This document shows, one piece after another, positions 49,562 to 61,649 of a stretch of DNA of 64,000 nt (position 1 is its first letter; each line of letters opens with the position of its first letter). Source of the stretch: Thalia democratica (Eukaryota); the NCBI GenBank assembly GCA_965202585.1, contig OZ241826.1:93992001-94056000 (forward strand), in the 5' to 3' direction. The notes below the pieces were generated by a model. The model was not told where the DNA came from and made no database searches. It saw only the letters and a list, made by a program, of their open reading frames with translations. The position numbers and the translations under genes were made by a program.

Positions 49562-49942
49562 ATGGAGTTTACTGATCGTGAAATGCAAGCTTGCAACCAG
49601 TATTTTGCTGAAAGATTTCATAATGAAATTAACTTTTTGTTTCAAAATGCCTTGTATCTAAATTTAAGTATCAGTTACAATGCAGGATGCAACTTTGCTT
49701 TCATTAATTTCGGAGGAACAGGCGTACAAGGATGTGTGAGGTACAACATATTTTACATTTCTGTCGACCCGTTTCGCCCTGGTAACCAAGTTACAAATGG
49801 TAGTTACCCATTTTCATCACATGTCATAACGGGCAGGTTGATGTTGGATGATCAGTTTAAGAAATTTAATTTTTCTAGGGAAAAAGTTGAGGATTTGTAT
49901 GCAGATCTTATTAGTATGGAAAGAAAATCTATAAATAGTTGA
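49562..49942 (+). CDS. 126-aa orphan protein, copy B
   Basis: 96/126 aa identical to copy A with no indels; acceptor-like TTTTAG upstream. Confidence 0.8.
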   Translation: MEFTDREMQACNQYFAERFHNEINFLFQNALYLNLSISYNAGCNFAFINFGGTGVQGCVRYNIFYISVDPFRPGNQVTNGSYPFSSHVITGRLMLDDQFKKFNFSREKVEDLYADLISMERKSINS

Positions 49943-52669
49943 AGATTATGTGTTGTGGTGTCAACGTTTACCAACAATGTCTAAGTTTTGATATTTATAA
50001 TTTTCATTAAGCTTTGCTGTTTTTGTATAATAATGTTATGTCATTAAGTTGTGTACTTTTTGTAAATAAGTGAACTATTAACAACAAAGCAAAATGTGAA
50101 AATAGTACAGTGATATAAACATTTATTTATATTTATTCCTTTTGCACTTTCATGTATTTTTAACTTCGCTGTTTTAGGTGGGCAAAGTAATTAATTTTAA
50201 TTGTGTTTGTTATAAATATAGATAGAATTGTAGCATAAAAAATAAAAGTCTTTTCTTTCAAGTGAAATACTTTATTTATTAAACAATTACAGTTAAACTA
50301 TACTAGTAGTCATTTCGATACCTTGATACAAATATTGTCAGTAGTTTTCTGCATATAAAAAGTTTTGCCTACAAAATTTTGTGTGTAAGCAAATCCCTTT
50401 TCCTTATACATTATTAATTTTAATTAGTTGTAAGTTATTTCAGCTTAGTCAAGTTAATATACTCAAGTTAGCTATCTTTTTTACAAAATAGAACTAATCA
50501 AAACTCTAATGCATAAAAGTATAAAAATTTCAGCAAATAAATTTTATCTTTGTATCGAGTTTATTCAAAAGCATTTAAACCTAATCTTCAAACAATTTTC
50601 GTTATTAATTCTTTATTCACAGATAATGAAATTATTTATATTTACATACGAACATATTGTACATTATATGCATTGCAATTTATAATTAGAACCTTAACAG
50701 TTTTGACATATTTACAAAAAAGTTACGTTCTTGCTTTCTGATTATTTTATAAAACTCCTTTACTCTTATCTTTTCTTAAATAACAAATATAATATTTTAA
50801 ATTCACAAATGGGTTTACTTGAACTCGTAAAACTACATGGTTAGAGTTAGATATTTATATCTAAAATAAATTAAAAACAAAAAAAAAATAAAAAATGTTT
50901 TGTAAAAAAGACCACTAAATAATGCAGTTAATAAAACTACTTATAAAAATTCATAAAAAATCTAGTGATGTAATGTTTAATAATATTTTTAGTAAGAAAT
51001 GTCATATAAATCTTTTTAACATAAATTTATCTAAACCATTTTTAAATGATTTAAGCAAGGCACATACTTATGAGTTTTTCTTTGTACTATTCTTTAACCT
51101 AGACTACAAATTAAATGTTTTTTCAAAACACTTTTACTATTAATAGTATAGTGTTTTAGCATTTACTACTAGACTTTTTAAACTTTAAATATTGATTTTG
51201 TAGAACTTTGTTTTTTTTAATTTGAAAAACTTTTACTGTTTGTATTCTGTTTCAATTTACTTTATTTTCGAAGCCTTTTAAAGTAATTCACAATACACAT
51301 AGACTAACTCAAATTTACTTAAGCAACCTAGATTAATATTTAGTTAATTTTATAATTAAACATGGATGCTAAATTGTTATACAACGACCGAGTTTACGAT
51401 CACATAATTGATTGTATCTCAAAAACAAGCTTGAACTTAGAATAACTTGGTATAATCAAATTTGCAATTTAAATTGATTCCTACGTAAAGTAATTTTTAA
51501 CTATACATTAAAAAATAAGAATGTACCCTGTAAGGTTTGATTTGTATAGATTATAGTTTTATGACGGTAAAAAAAGTACTGGAAAATTTTTTGTTAAAAA
51601 AGATAACTCATAAACAGTAGAACTAGAAATGTTTTAATGCATTTAAAAGTTTAATTTAACTATACATCAAAAACAGTTTAAAACTGAAAATTTTGTAATG
51701 TACTATAATATCTATATCATAATGTTAAATATAAAAATAAAAGCTAAAAAAAAGCTATTCACAATATTTCAGATATCTTTTAATTTTTAAATCGGTATTT
51801 AAACTTCTAGCATTTTTTTCGTCCTGAAGTTTTTTATAGTTTAATGTTTTTGCAAAAAAACTTGTATCAAATAACATTGGAAGTTTTTTTTAATAAAAGT
51901 TAACATTAATTTTTTTATGTTGAAAAATAGATTAAATTCGCTTAAACTTCTGGAACTTTGTAATGAAAGTTATGAAGGGTGCTACACAACTACTTCAAAC
52001 ATTAAAAAAAAAACTGGGCTCATAAAATATATATTTGTTTATACAGCCTTTTATAAATCTTTTTGCATCAAAAGAATATTTTATAGATGAAAAAAAAACT
52101 AAGATATCCAAAGTAAATTCGAAAGCAAAATTGTTAATAAGTAATAACCATATAAGACAATCAATTCAACAATTATTCAATAATAAAATTGTCGTTAAAA
52201 AATCAATCTTGTTTATATTTTTTTTTTGTCATTTTTATAAATTATGCTTTTAAATATTTCGTTTTGTATCACTTAATAACTTTTAATTTTTATAAAATTA
52301 CAACAAAGCTGTTTAACTTAAAATTACTGAATAAAACTTAGTTTAATTCGTATTTACTATAAAAGAACTTTAGATTTTAAACAAAATGCTGAAATTTAAT
52401 CCTAGGTATAAAATCTATTTTGATGAGATATTCGTTTAAAACTAAAATAAAAATCTTTGTTTATGAAATTTTATGTGTCACAATACGTTTATTGTGCGAT
52501 TTGTAAGTAAATTTGAACATAAAGCTTAATTATAGATTTTTGAATAAAACTGAAGCAATTAAAATTCATACAATAAGTAAAATTTATAATTTGTTTTTTC
52601 CAAGTATTCAAAGAAATGATTTAGTTAAACATATTAAAAAAAAATTTAACTAAATTTAGCCAAGTATAA

Positions 52670-53505
52670 TTTTTCAGGAGCTACTTAAATGTTTTCTGAT
52701 AAGTATCCTAATTTGTATCAAATCAGACATTGCAATCAAAATGAAAGTTACAGTTCTGTTTTTAGAAATGTTTCGTACCCTTTTTGTTTAAACTTTGAGA
52801 AAATTTAGTTTTATAATGTTAAAGACATTTCACACTTTAAAAGCTAAAAAAGTTGGATATATTTTCCTGGCTCTATCAAAAACTATTCATTTTCTGAAGC
52901 TAACATGAACAACTATTTGATGTCTAAATGAATGAAATTAGTGGTTGTCCTAACTTTTTGGAGTCATTTCCGGACGAAGAGTTTGATTTCTGTGTTTGTA
53001 GTTTTTTGAATTTTTTTTTTTGATTGGCGGTTGGCATCACGAAACTGCAAAAAGATTTTGCTTGGTATACAACTTTAGACAAAAACATTGGAGTTTCAGT
53101 GAAAATATAAACATGTAATAAAGAAGAAGCGCTGCAGCTTGTGCAGTTTTCGAAGGTAAAATTATTGTTTCAGGTGCAAAGAAAATCGGATAGATCATTT
53201 GAGAAAAATTAATTTATTTTCCTGATATGGTAAAGCCAAGAGTTCGTCATTCATTATTTACTTTAGGCAACAAAGTGTTTGCAATTGGTGGATATTATAA
53301 ATATAGCTGGGAAGTTTTTGATAGAATAAGTAGTAAATTCATCTTGATCACTAATGCGCCAAAATTTACGAGATCTATATACGGTATAGAAGAAGGTGCT
53401 TGTTGTGTTGGTGATAAGATAGTTCTAGTTGATATTTCTACTAAGAATATCTATGAGTTAATTGAGTACGACACTAAAACTGAAATTTTCAAAAAAGAAA
53501 TTTAG
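52670..53505 (+). pseudogene. Kelch-like pseudogene
   Basis: Fragments FSDKYPNLYQIRHCNQNESY, RSAAACAVFEGKIIVSG and MVKPRVRHSLFTLGNKVFAIGG lie in different frames. Confidence 0.8.
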
Positions 53506-56331
53506 TAACCTTTAAGAAAGTGTGTTTTTTTTTTGAGATAATAAAACTTCTTTTTGTTTTTAATTTTTGTATTTAATAAATTTGTTACGTTTGAATAAAA
53601 CATATGTTATCAGATTATATTATCACATTTATTTACTTAGAAACGATAGCGATAAAATATAACCTAGAAAAACTTATATAAACCAGGACATTCCTTTAGT
53701 ATCTACAACAATCGTATAAAATAACTTAGTAGCTGACAAAACTAATATATTAAAAAATGTTGACTCAGTCTAAGAGTACTATTCTAAGAATTGTTATTGT
53801 TCTTACTTTTTTAAGATTTGTAAAAGAAACGTTTTTTTTTTTATAAAACAGCAGAGTGTACAATTTTAAAGGTAAAATATAGCGTAAGGTAATAAAAATT
53901 GGTCAAATTTTAGTTTAGTAAAAGCGTAAGATCATAATAAAAACTATACTTACTTACCTGACATTAAATAATTATAAATAATGACAAAATAGTTGATTTA
54001 GGCATCAAAATGCTTGTAGCTAGTGGATGTAGCTGGGACGTTTTTAATACCAGGTTTTATATGAAAATTGTTATTAAAAACAAGATAAATTAAAAATCGT
54101 TATTTCAAGCAGCAGAAGTAAAAATTGTGTTTTAAGCAAAGTTAATGAACTAAAAGGTCCTGATTTTTGATCTTTTTAAGATAAGTCCTTCTTTAACTAA
54201 AAAAAAGTACTAGCAAAACATTTGTAATAGGTTCTGAAACTCATATACTTGGTGGATAATATGATAACTAAGAATGGACATATTCTTTTAAATTTGTTTT
54301 TCAAAGAAAAACGTCAGAAGAGCTAGTAACTGTATTTGATAATACAGCACCATTTCGTGTCTGTTAACATGTGAAATTTTTTATGTGTACTTAAAGGGTT
54401 GTAAATTCAACAAAAAAAACTTAACAGTACTCGGGATCTACGAGAAATAGTTTAGTTTAAATACAAAGAAATTACAAAACTATTTTGTGAACAACTACTA
54501 AAAATTAAAAAAAAAATATTTAGACTTTAACCAGACTAGCATTTAAGTGTTTATTAAAATGTTTAAAACAGAAGAGAAGCTTAGAGTTCAAGTATCGCCC
54601 AAAAATCTAAACTATAGTTTAGATACAGCAAGCGAACAAAACCAAGACTGTCAGCGACAGTTATGTAGACGTGGTACTTTAAACTTGTTGTTTTTTAGCA
54701 GCCTGGCAATACTGAATTGTGAACAGACTTATTACTGAATAGTCGATTTTGTTTGGCGGAATAGCTTAGGATAATTTAATACATTTTATTGCTTATTTTA
54801 GATTATTCACAATGTACTTCCATGTGTACTATTAAATAAATAATCTAAAACAAAGTTTGTCATTAGTTAAGTAAAACAAAAAATTTAAATAAATTTGTTT
54901 ACTTTACTGTTTAGCTAATAACTTAAGCATTTCTTCTTATTCCTTCAAAAACAATGTTTTAATTTCATTCTATCATATTAGACACAGTAAAAATAAGTTT
55001 TTCAATTTTTACATAATATTAAATTACGGAAAAACTTAAAACCTGTATGTCAGTATATATTTTTTTAAATGATTTACTACAAAACTGTTTTTAATTAATG
55101 TAGATCAATAAATTTTCTACATGTACTCAACTATCTAACATTTTTCTGTAAATATTGAAATGTTTTTTTAAAAAAAGTAATTGTTGTCTAAACTTTAGCT
55201 TGAAAAGTTTTATAATGAAATATATTAATAGATTGTTTGTTAAACTAATTTTTTTCATAAATTAATATAAATTTTTTGTTTTTAGTTCTTCCTATTCAAA
55301 TAACCTATAAAATTAAGAGAAAACTATGTTACAGTAAAAAACACACAAAAAAACTTAAAAAGCTGTTGTTTTATGTTTGATTAACACTGAAAACTAAGTT
55401 TGTAGTGTTTATCACTAAAGCAAACTCCAAGAAAAAAAATTTAATAATTACAGTGAAACATTTTTGGAAAACAATAACTAAACAGCAAATTTTTAACAAC
55501 TATTAACGTGAATTTATTAAACTTTTATTAACGTAAATAGTTAATTTCAGATATAAATATAGTTAATATATTTTGTTAAGAGTTGATTTTTTGTAGAATA
55601 AACATAAAATATTTTTATTTAATCTATCTATTGACAAGATAAAGCTATCAAATATGTTTTTCTAAATATGACTTATTTTTTCTTTTAAATTTATACAGTT
55701 CTTTTAGTAAAGTTATTAAAGCAATTTGTTTTTATAAAATAAACTTAAATCGGACTTTAGTGAAATAAATGTTTTCATAATAAACTTTATAAATAGAAGA
55801 TTTGAATTCAAATGTAAAATATTGACAAATCACGTGTAGTATGTTCAGTTTTTTTATATAACTAAACTTAGTTAAAATAAACTAGAATTTTTTATTACAA
55901 AAACTTATAGTTGTTTTACTCACAACTTAACTAAAAACAAATGTAGTAAGTTAAACAGTTTCTAAATACTGCATACTTGTTTGTTAAAGCTTCAATATAA
56001 ATTTAAATGCGAACTTAAGTGCTGTAATCAGTACGTTTAAATTTTTTTATTGCTTAGTTTATACGGTTTATAAGAATCGTTTCAATATGTCACTATAGGT
56101 ATAATTCAAGGTAGATTTCTTACTAGAATGATAACTATATCACTAGTTTACTGTAAAAAAAACATTCAATCTAAACAACTTAATTTATTACAAAAACATA
56201 GGTTTCAATATCATAACTTAACTAGACAACTCGATTAAAAAAAATTATATAGTTAAAGTAAAAATTGTAAGTACAGGAATGTAGAAGTTTGTGTTTCAAT
56301 ATTTTCCAACATATTTGAGAATAAAGGCTAA

Positions 56332-57000
56332 CTAATTCCAACTGTCAATTTTTTCTTTTAGTTTTTCTAGTGTTTTGTTAGCTGCGTCTTTGAACTCTTC
56401 TGGTAAACCGGATAAACTTTTTTCGTAAGCTTCAGTAGCAAAAGAACGAGCTTTATCAGTTAAACCAAGTGAACAAAAAAGAAAGTCAGAGTAATACAAC
56501 GCAATAATAACTGCAACTGGATGTGCTGGATTGAGATTTTTATTCGCTAAATCGACTGCTTCCTCAAAAAGTATTGATGCTTCATTCAGTTCTAGTTCTA
56601 TATCTTCCCCTGATGCAACAAAAAATTTACTTTCATGTTGAACAGCTAGAAAGGATTTGTAATCAGCAACAGCCTCGATATTGGTATCTCTTTTGATCCA
56701 ATAACTATTTATCAGTTCAATAGCATCATCAGATATCCGATTTATTTCTGAATGGGCTTTCTGATTTATTTCCCTCTGTAATTTTTCATCTACTTTCGAT
56801 TCATCACAGGAAACAAAGGAACGTTGATATGGAATTTTAAGGTTTTGATAACTGTTGAATATCATAATTCGTTCTTCAAAGTTAAGAGGTGTGCCCATTT
56901 TTATTACTTGTTTCATGTAGCTAATTACATCCTCATTACGATAATTTTCATAACACATTTCAGCAAGAGACACTAATTCACTTCTATCAAACTGAGACAT
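56332..57000 (-). CDS. Divergent 14-3-3-like protein, copy 2 (222 aa)
   Basis: Paralog of 39883-40566; the upstream region 57001-57660 is an inverted homolog of about 39160-39882. Confidence 0.9.
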   Translation of the reverse strand: MSQFDRSELVSLAEMCYENYRNEDVISYMKQVIKMGTPLNFEERIMIFNSYQNLKIPYQRSFVSCDESKVDEKLQREINQKAHSEINRISDDAIELINSYWIKRDTNIEAVADYKSFLAVQHESKFFVASGEDIELELNEASILFEEAVDLANKNLNPAHPVAVIIALYYSDFLFCSLGLTDKARSFATEAYEKSLSGLPEEFKDAANKTLEKLKEKIDSWN

Positions 57001-60000
57001 TTTGAAATTTTAGCTAAAAAAAGTACTTATTTTAGAATTTGAATACAAAGTAGTAATATAAAAAAAAATATGAATTTAAAAGGAGTTAAACTTTTTTTTG
57101 TTAAATTAGCTTAAGAATTAAAAAAAATATACATACTTAATATTAAATTCATTTTTTTAAACAACATACAGTATAAGCTTAAGTATTTTCAAAAACAATA
57201 AAAGCTTCTCTATGAAGGTACTTATACTTTATCAATTAATCTAGCAATCAGTTAATTAGAATACTGTTTTTTTTTTAATTTAATAGAAATAAGTATTAAC
57301 AAAAGCAGGGTGAAAATTTTAATAAAAAGTAGTGAAACCATCACATGGTCTAAAAAACGACAACATTATTTTATTATTATTTTTTAACTTGCCATATTTT
57401 TGACATTTTGTCGTATTTAAATTCTATAAAATTATTCTGTTGTGTTTGTTATTAGTTAAAAAAAAATTCAAAATGTAGTTTTATTTATTATATAAAAAAA
57501 AAAACATACTGTATAATTGAAATTAGTACAATATAATTTATAGCTTGTATCTTTGTTGCATAAAAATATTAGGTTGATTAAATTAAGTTTCATTGCAACG
57601 TTTAGCTGCTTATTAGATTAAGGTCTATAAACAACACTTTAAAGAATTAGTTTAGTTCGTTTTATTATTATTAATAAAATAAGAAATTTACACTAAATAT
57701 TGTTTTCGTTGTGCATTAAAAATTTAATTGTTTTGTCTATATTTAATAAAAATTTGATTTTAGTATCTTTTATTTAACAATTCAAACAATGTAAAATAAA
57801 AATAACAAATTGATTACTTGTCACTACAACTTATTTAGATATATTTCAAAAATAAAAACAAAACATCTACGCTAATCAAAAGTGCATTTAGGAAATTTTT
57901 AGTTAAAAATCTATTTATAATGTTTAGGCAAAATTTTAAAATTTTGAAAAAAAAATGTTTAGAGTGCTTTACCAATAAAAAATGTGTGTATTTTAACGAT
58001 TTTAAAAAGTTTTTTTTTCAAGTTTAGTTTTTTTTTGCTGTCTAATACTTGTGTAGATAAAATACTTTGTTACTTAATCAAAATAAAATGTTAAGATACA
58101 ATTAAAAACTTTTTAGTGGCAATATAAAATACTGTAGTGAAACTGTATTAAAAAAAAAGAAAATAAGTATTTTTTAAAGCTAAATACTTAGTAAATGATA
58201 GTTAACAAAATATAACGTACAGTTAAATATATACTTAATTATAAAATACCTAAGGACAAACTGAATTATTTTGTTGTTCTTAATAAACTGATAAAAAAAT
58301 GTTTTATTTAAAGTAGTTATTATTTATGTTTAATTTAATATTTAAAACAACTCAAATAAAGTTTACAAAATAACTAAATAGTTTTTTCTGTTTCGAAAAT
58401 TTACTAAAGTTTGAACTTTTTTAAGGTCAAACTTTTAAAACTCACCGTGGAATAAGATGTTATGAAAAATGGGTAAAAGTTCAAACTTAAAAAGTACACT
58501 GCTTATAAGGCTACTCAAACGAATAAAATAAAGTGAGCTTAAAGTTTTATTTAGTGATCAAATTTTACAAACTCATAAAAATTTTACTGCAATGCTCTAC
58601 TTTTGCAAAAATATAACTTAAAACGATAAACTTTTGCTCGTATCTTCGAGAATATTATACACACAATATTCTAATCTATGTTTATAATTTTAATAAATGT
58701 TTATAATCATTTATTCTTAGTTTAGTTTTATAAATAATTCAAAATTTATAATTTTTTTTTTTTTAATAAAAACGTTATCAAATGTTATTTAAAACATCCA
58801 ATAAAAAATATTCAATAAAAAACTTAAAAATAACGCATCATATTTTTTAGATTATACTTTGCCTTAATTACATTAAATTTTTTTGGTCTCATTTTGTTTT
58901 CAATTTTTGGTTTTGTACTAAAAAAGTATTTTTTAAGTTTCCTTTTTTAACTTGTTGTAAAAAAAGTACTTTTGTTCTTAATTTTAGACTGATTGCTTGA
59001 ACCTAATAATGGTAAGCTGATATTTAAAAAGTAATGTAAAGCCCCTTAAAAAAAATATTTATGAGTTAATTATAACTTTCAAATTTTAAAGCTTTTAATA
59101 TCTCATGTAAAAGTACAATATTTGTGGTAATAAATTTTTATTAGGGTTTAACTTTAATTCTCTAGTTATTAATAAACTCTCTTATCTTTTTATAGTAAGT
59201 TGTACATATGTGAAATTTAATAATACTTATTGAAATGTTAAACATAATTGATTTATTTTGTCATATTTTCATTATACTTTATCTCTTAATCATTGTTTAA
59301 AAGATTGAGAACAACTTCACCTTAGTTGAAACTACAAACATTACTAGTACGCATTCGTACTTTTTAAAATGATGTTAAATTTAACTTGAAGAATTGAAAA
59401 AATAAATATTATAGGCTAATATGTAATAAAGCTAATAATAGATTAATCATTTTTAATGTTTAATCCTGATTGCTACCAGTTAGTTAAATAATACCTCAAT
59501 CATTTAATTATAAATTACATTTTTAAAGCTTGAATCTTTAAAAATTAAATTAGATGATAGACAAAATAACTGAAGCTCTAATTTTAAAGTGTCATACGAA
59601 TAATCTATTTAAATATGTAAATTGTAATAAAACAAAATAAAAAACTTCTCCTTCATATTTATTTTCAGATTTTGATGAAAATATTTAATTGATTTTAAAA
59701 AATACAAACTTTCATTATTTTGAAAGATTCTTAGATGCAGAAATAAGCTTTTTATATGTACTCCTCTTTGTAAGTAATAAACCCTTGAAGTTTGATACTT
59801 TAATATTTGTATTTAAAGAACTCTAATAATAAGTTTTGTTATGTAATATCAAAAAAATTATACATATAATTCTTTTGAATAATAGTTTATGATTCGAGAT
59901 AAAAGTATTTTTCATTTAATGAAATTTAAAGTTTTGTTAATTTACTTCTATTCGAAAACTATTTCACCGAAAAATGACAATTAATTTGTTTAGACTTTTA

Positions 60001-60191
60001 CGTCATATATTTGTAAACAATCGTAGTTTTTCGATTTATATAATATATTTTGTTAAATGGGAACAAAATTTAGTTTTAACTTATCTAATTGTGTAATTAA
60101 TTAACCTTTTGTTAAATACTAAACGTTCTAAATAACTTTTTTGAAAAATTACCTCTATTGAAAGATAAAAATGTTTCAGCTTGAATTCAAA

Positions 60192-60842
60192 ATGTCTAAG
60201 TTTGATAAAAGTGAATTAGTGTCACTTAGTAAAATTTGTCATACAAATCATTTTTATGAGGATGTAATTAGCTACATAAAAGAAGTGATAAAAAACGAAA
60301 CACCTCTTAATTTTGAAGAAAGAAGTATGTTATTCGAAAGATATGGGAAGTTTACACAATCGTATGTTAATTCCTTTTTTTCCCCGTAATGACCCGAGTT
60401 TAAATGCAAAAATACGAATAGAATTAAACCAGAAATCATAATCAAAAGTTGTCAGATTTTTCTTTAAAGCTATACAATTGTTAGACAGTGACTGTGTCAA
60501 AAGAGATACTGATGATGAAGCTATTTCCTGATTACAAACGTTTTAAAGCATGTTTACATTTAGAAAAAGCTATATGAGGAAGCATATGATATTGCAAATA
60601 AAAATCTCAATCCAGTGCATCCAGTTACACTTAAGATTGAAGTTAATTTTTCTTCATTTCTCTTTGATATTCACGAGTTTCATAAAGCTCTTCCCATAGT
60701 TAGAGAAGCCCACATAAAAGGTTTTTCAAACCTATTTGCGTTACCTGACGAGTTAAAAAACAGTGCTAAAAAGTTTTTTGATGTACTAAAGAAGGACATC
60801 TTGGATCAGGCTCAATTTAGTTTCGGAATTCAATCATGGTAA
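60192..60842 (+). pseudogene. Divergent 14-3-3-like pseudogene, copy 3
   Basis: Starts MSKFDKSELVSL at 60192. Frameshift near 60380, in-frame TAA, further shifts near 60530 and 60570 with a deletion, then resumes KLYEEAYDIANKNLNPVHPV. Confidence 0.9.
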
Positions 60843-61371
60843 ACGCTATTTGGTTAATGGCATAAGTGTTATGTTGTTACTTAATTATCTAATTATAAAC
60901 TTGTATAATTTATTTACAAATGTTGCGTTATCAGATTCTCAGTTGATGTTTGGTCGTTTGTTGTAATAAACTTAGTAATAAAGACTGGACTACTAATATT
61001 TTTTGTAAGTAAATCCTTTGGTCTTTTCGGTAATCTAGCTGGAAAATCAAATTAATCTAATTAATTTAATGATGTAAGCCATCAAAATATCTATTTAGAT
61101 ATATATCCTAAGTTTTTCCTTTGTTAAACTAAATGATAGCTTAACGTTAACTTTTTAAATTACTGTTTCTATTATTAATTAATTTTTCTGATAATGGTTA
61201 TGACTTTTATGTTTTGGCATACTACTAACGTTTCTCTAAACATAAGTAAAATAAAAAGTACTTAATGTGACTGATTTGATTTGAGACTAGCTTCGTCCTT
61301 ATGAAGAATTAACAATTATTCACAACCAGGAAACTTTCAATCTATAAACTGATTTTTATGCTCTTACTTAA

Positions 61372-61649
61372 AGCAACCATTTGCTGGTATTGATCAAAGA
61401 CTGGTCACAGTCTACCAAAAGCTTGTGTTCTGATGACAAAATTGTACGTTCAACCCTTTTGTAAATCTTGAGCTTGTTACACAGCCTACGAATGACCAGC
61501 CTTCTGCTCAGCAGAAGTTCGTCGATGTTTTTTTTGTGATCATATTTAATACAAGCGTGTCAAACGTTTTGCCTAGTAGACGTTCTATTAAACGTTGCAT
61601 GGCAAAAGACAATGCTGACGTCATCGATCAATTCTATCAAATGGTTGCA
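61372..61649. mobile_element. Kolobok-like MITE (278 bp)
   Basis: Imperfect TIRs of about 25 bp (AGCAACCATTTGCTGGTATTGATC / GATCAATTCTATCAAATGGTTGCA) flanked by TTAA on both sides (61368-61371, 61650-61653). Confidence 0.7.

Larger units (their letters stand above)
44461..52620 (+). repeat. Segmental duplication unit B (paralog of 7622-12240) with an extra block of about 3.4 kb at about 45880-49250
   Basis: Colinear with unit A on both sides of the extra block. Confidence 0.8.

Noticed and set aside
59690-59800. Possible TPR-like remnant on the minus strand
   Set aside because: Too short and interrupted by stops to support.
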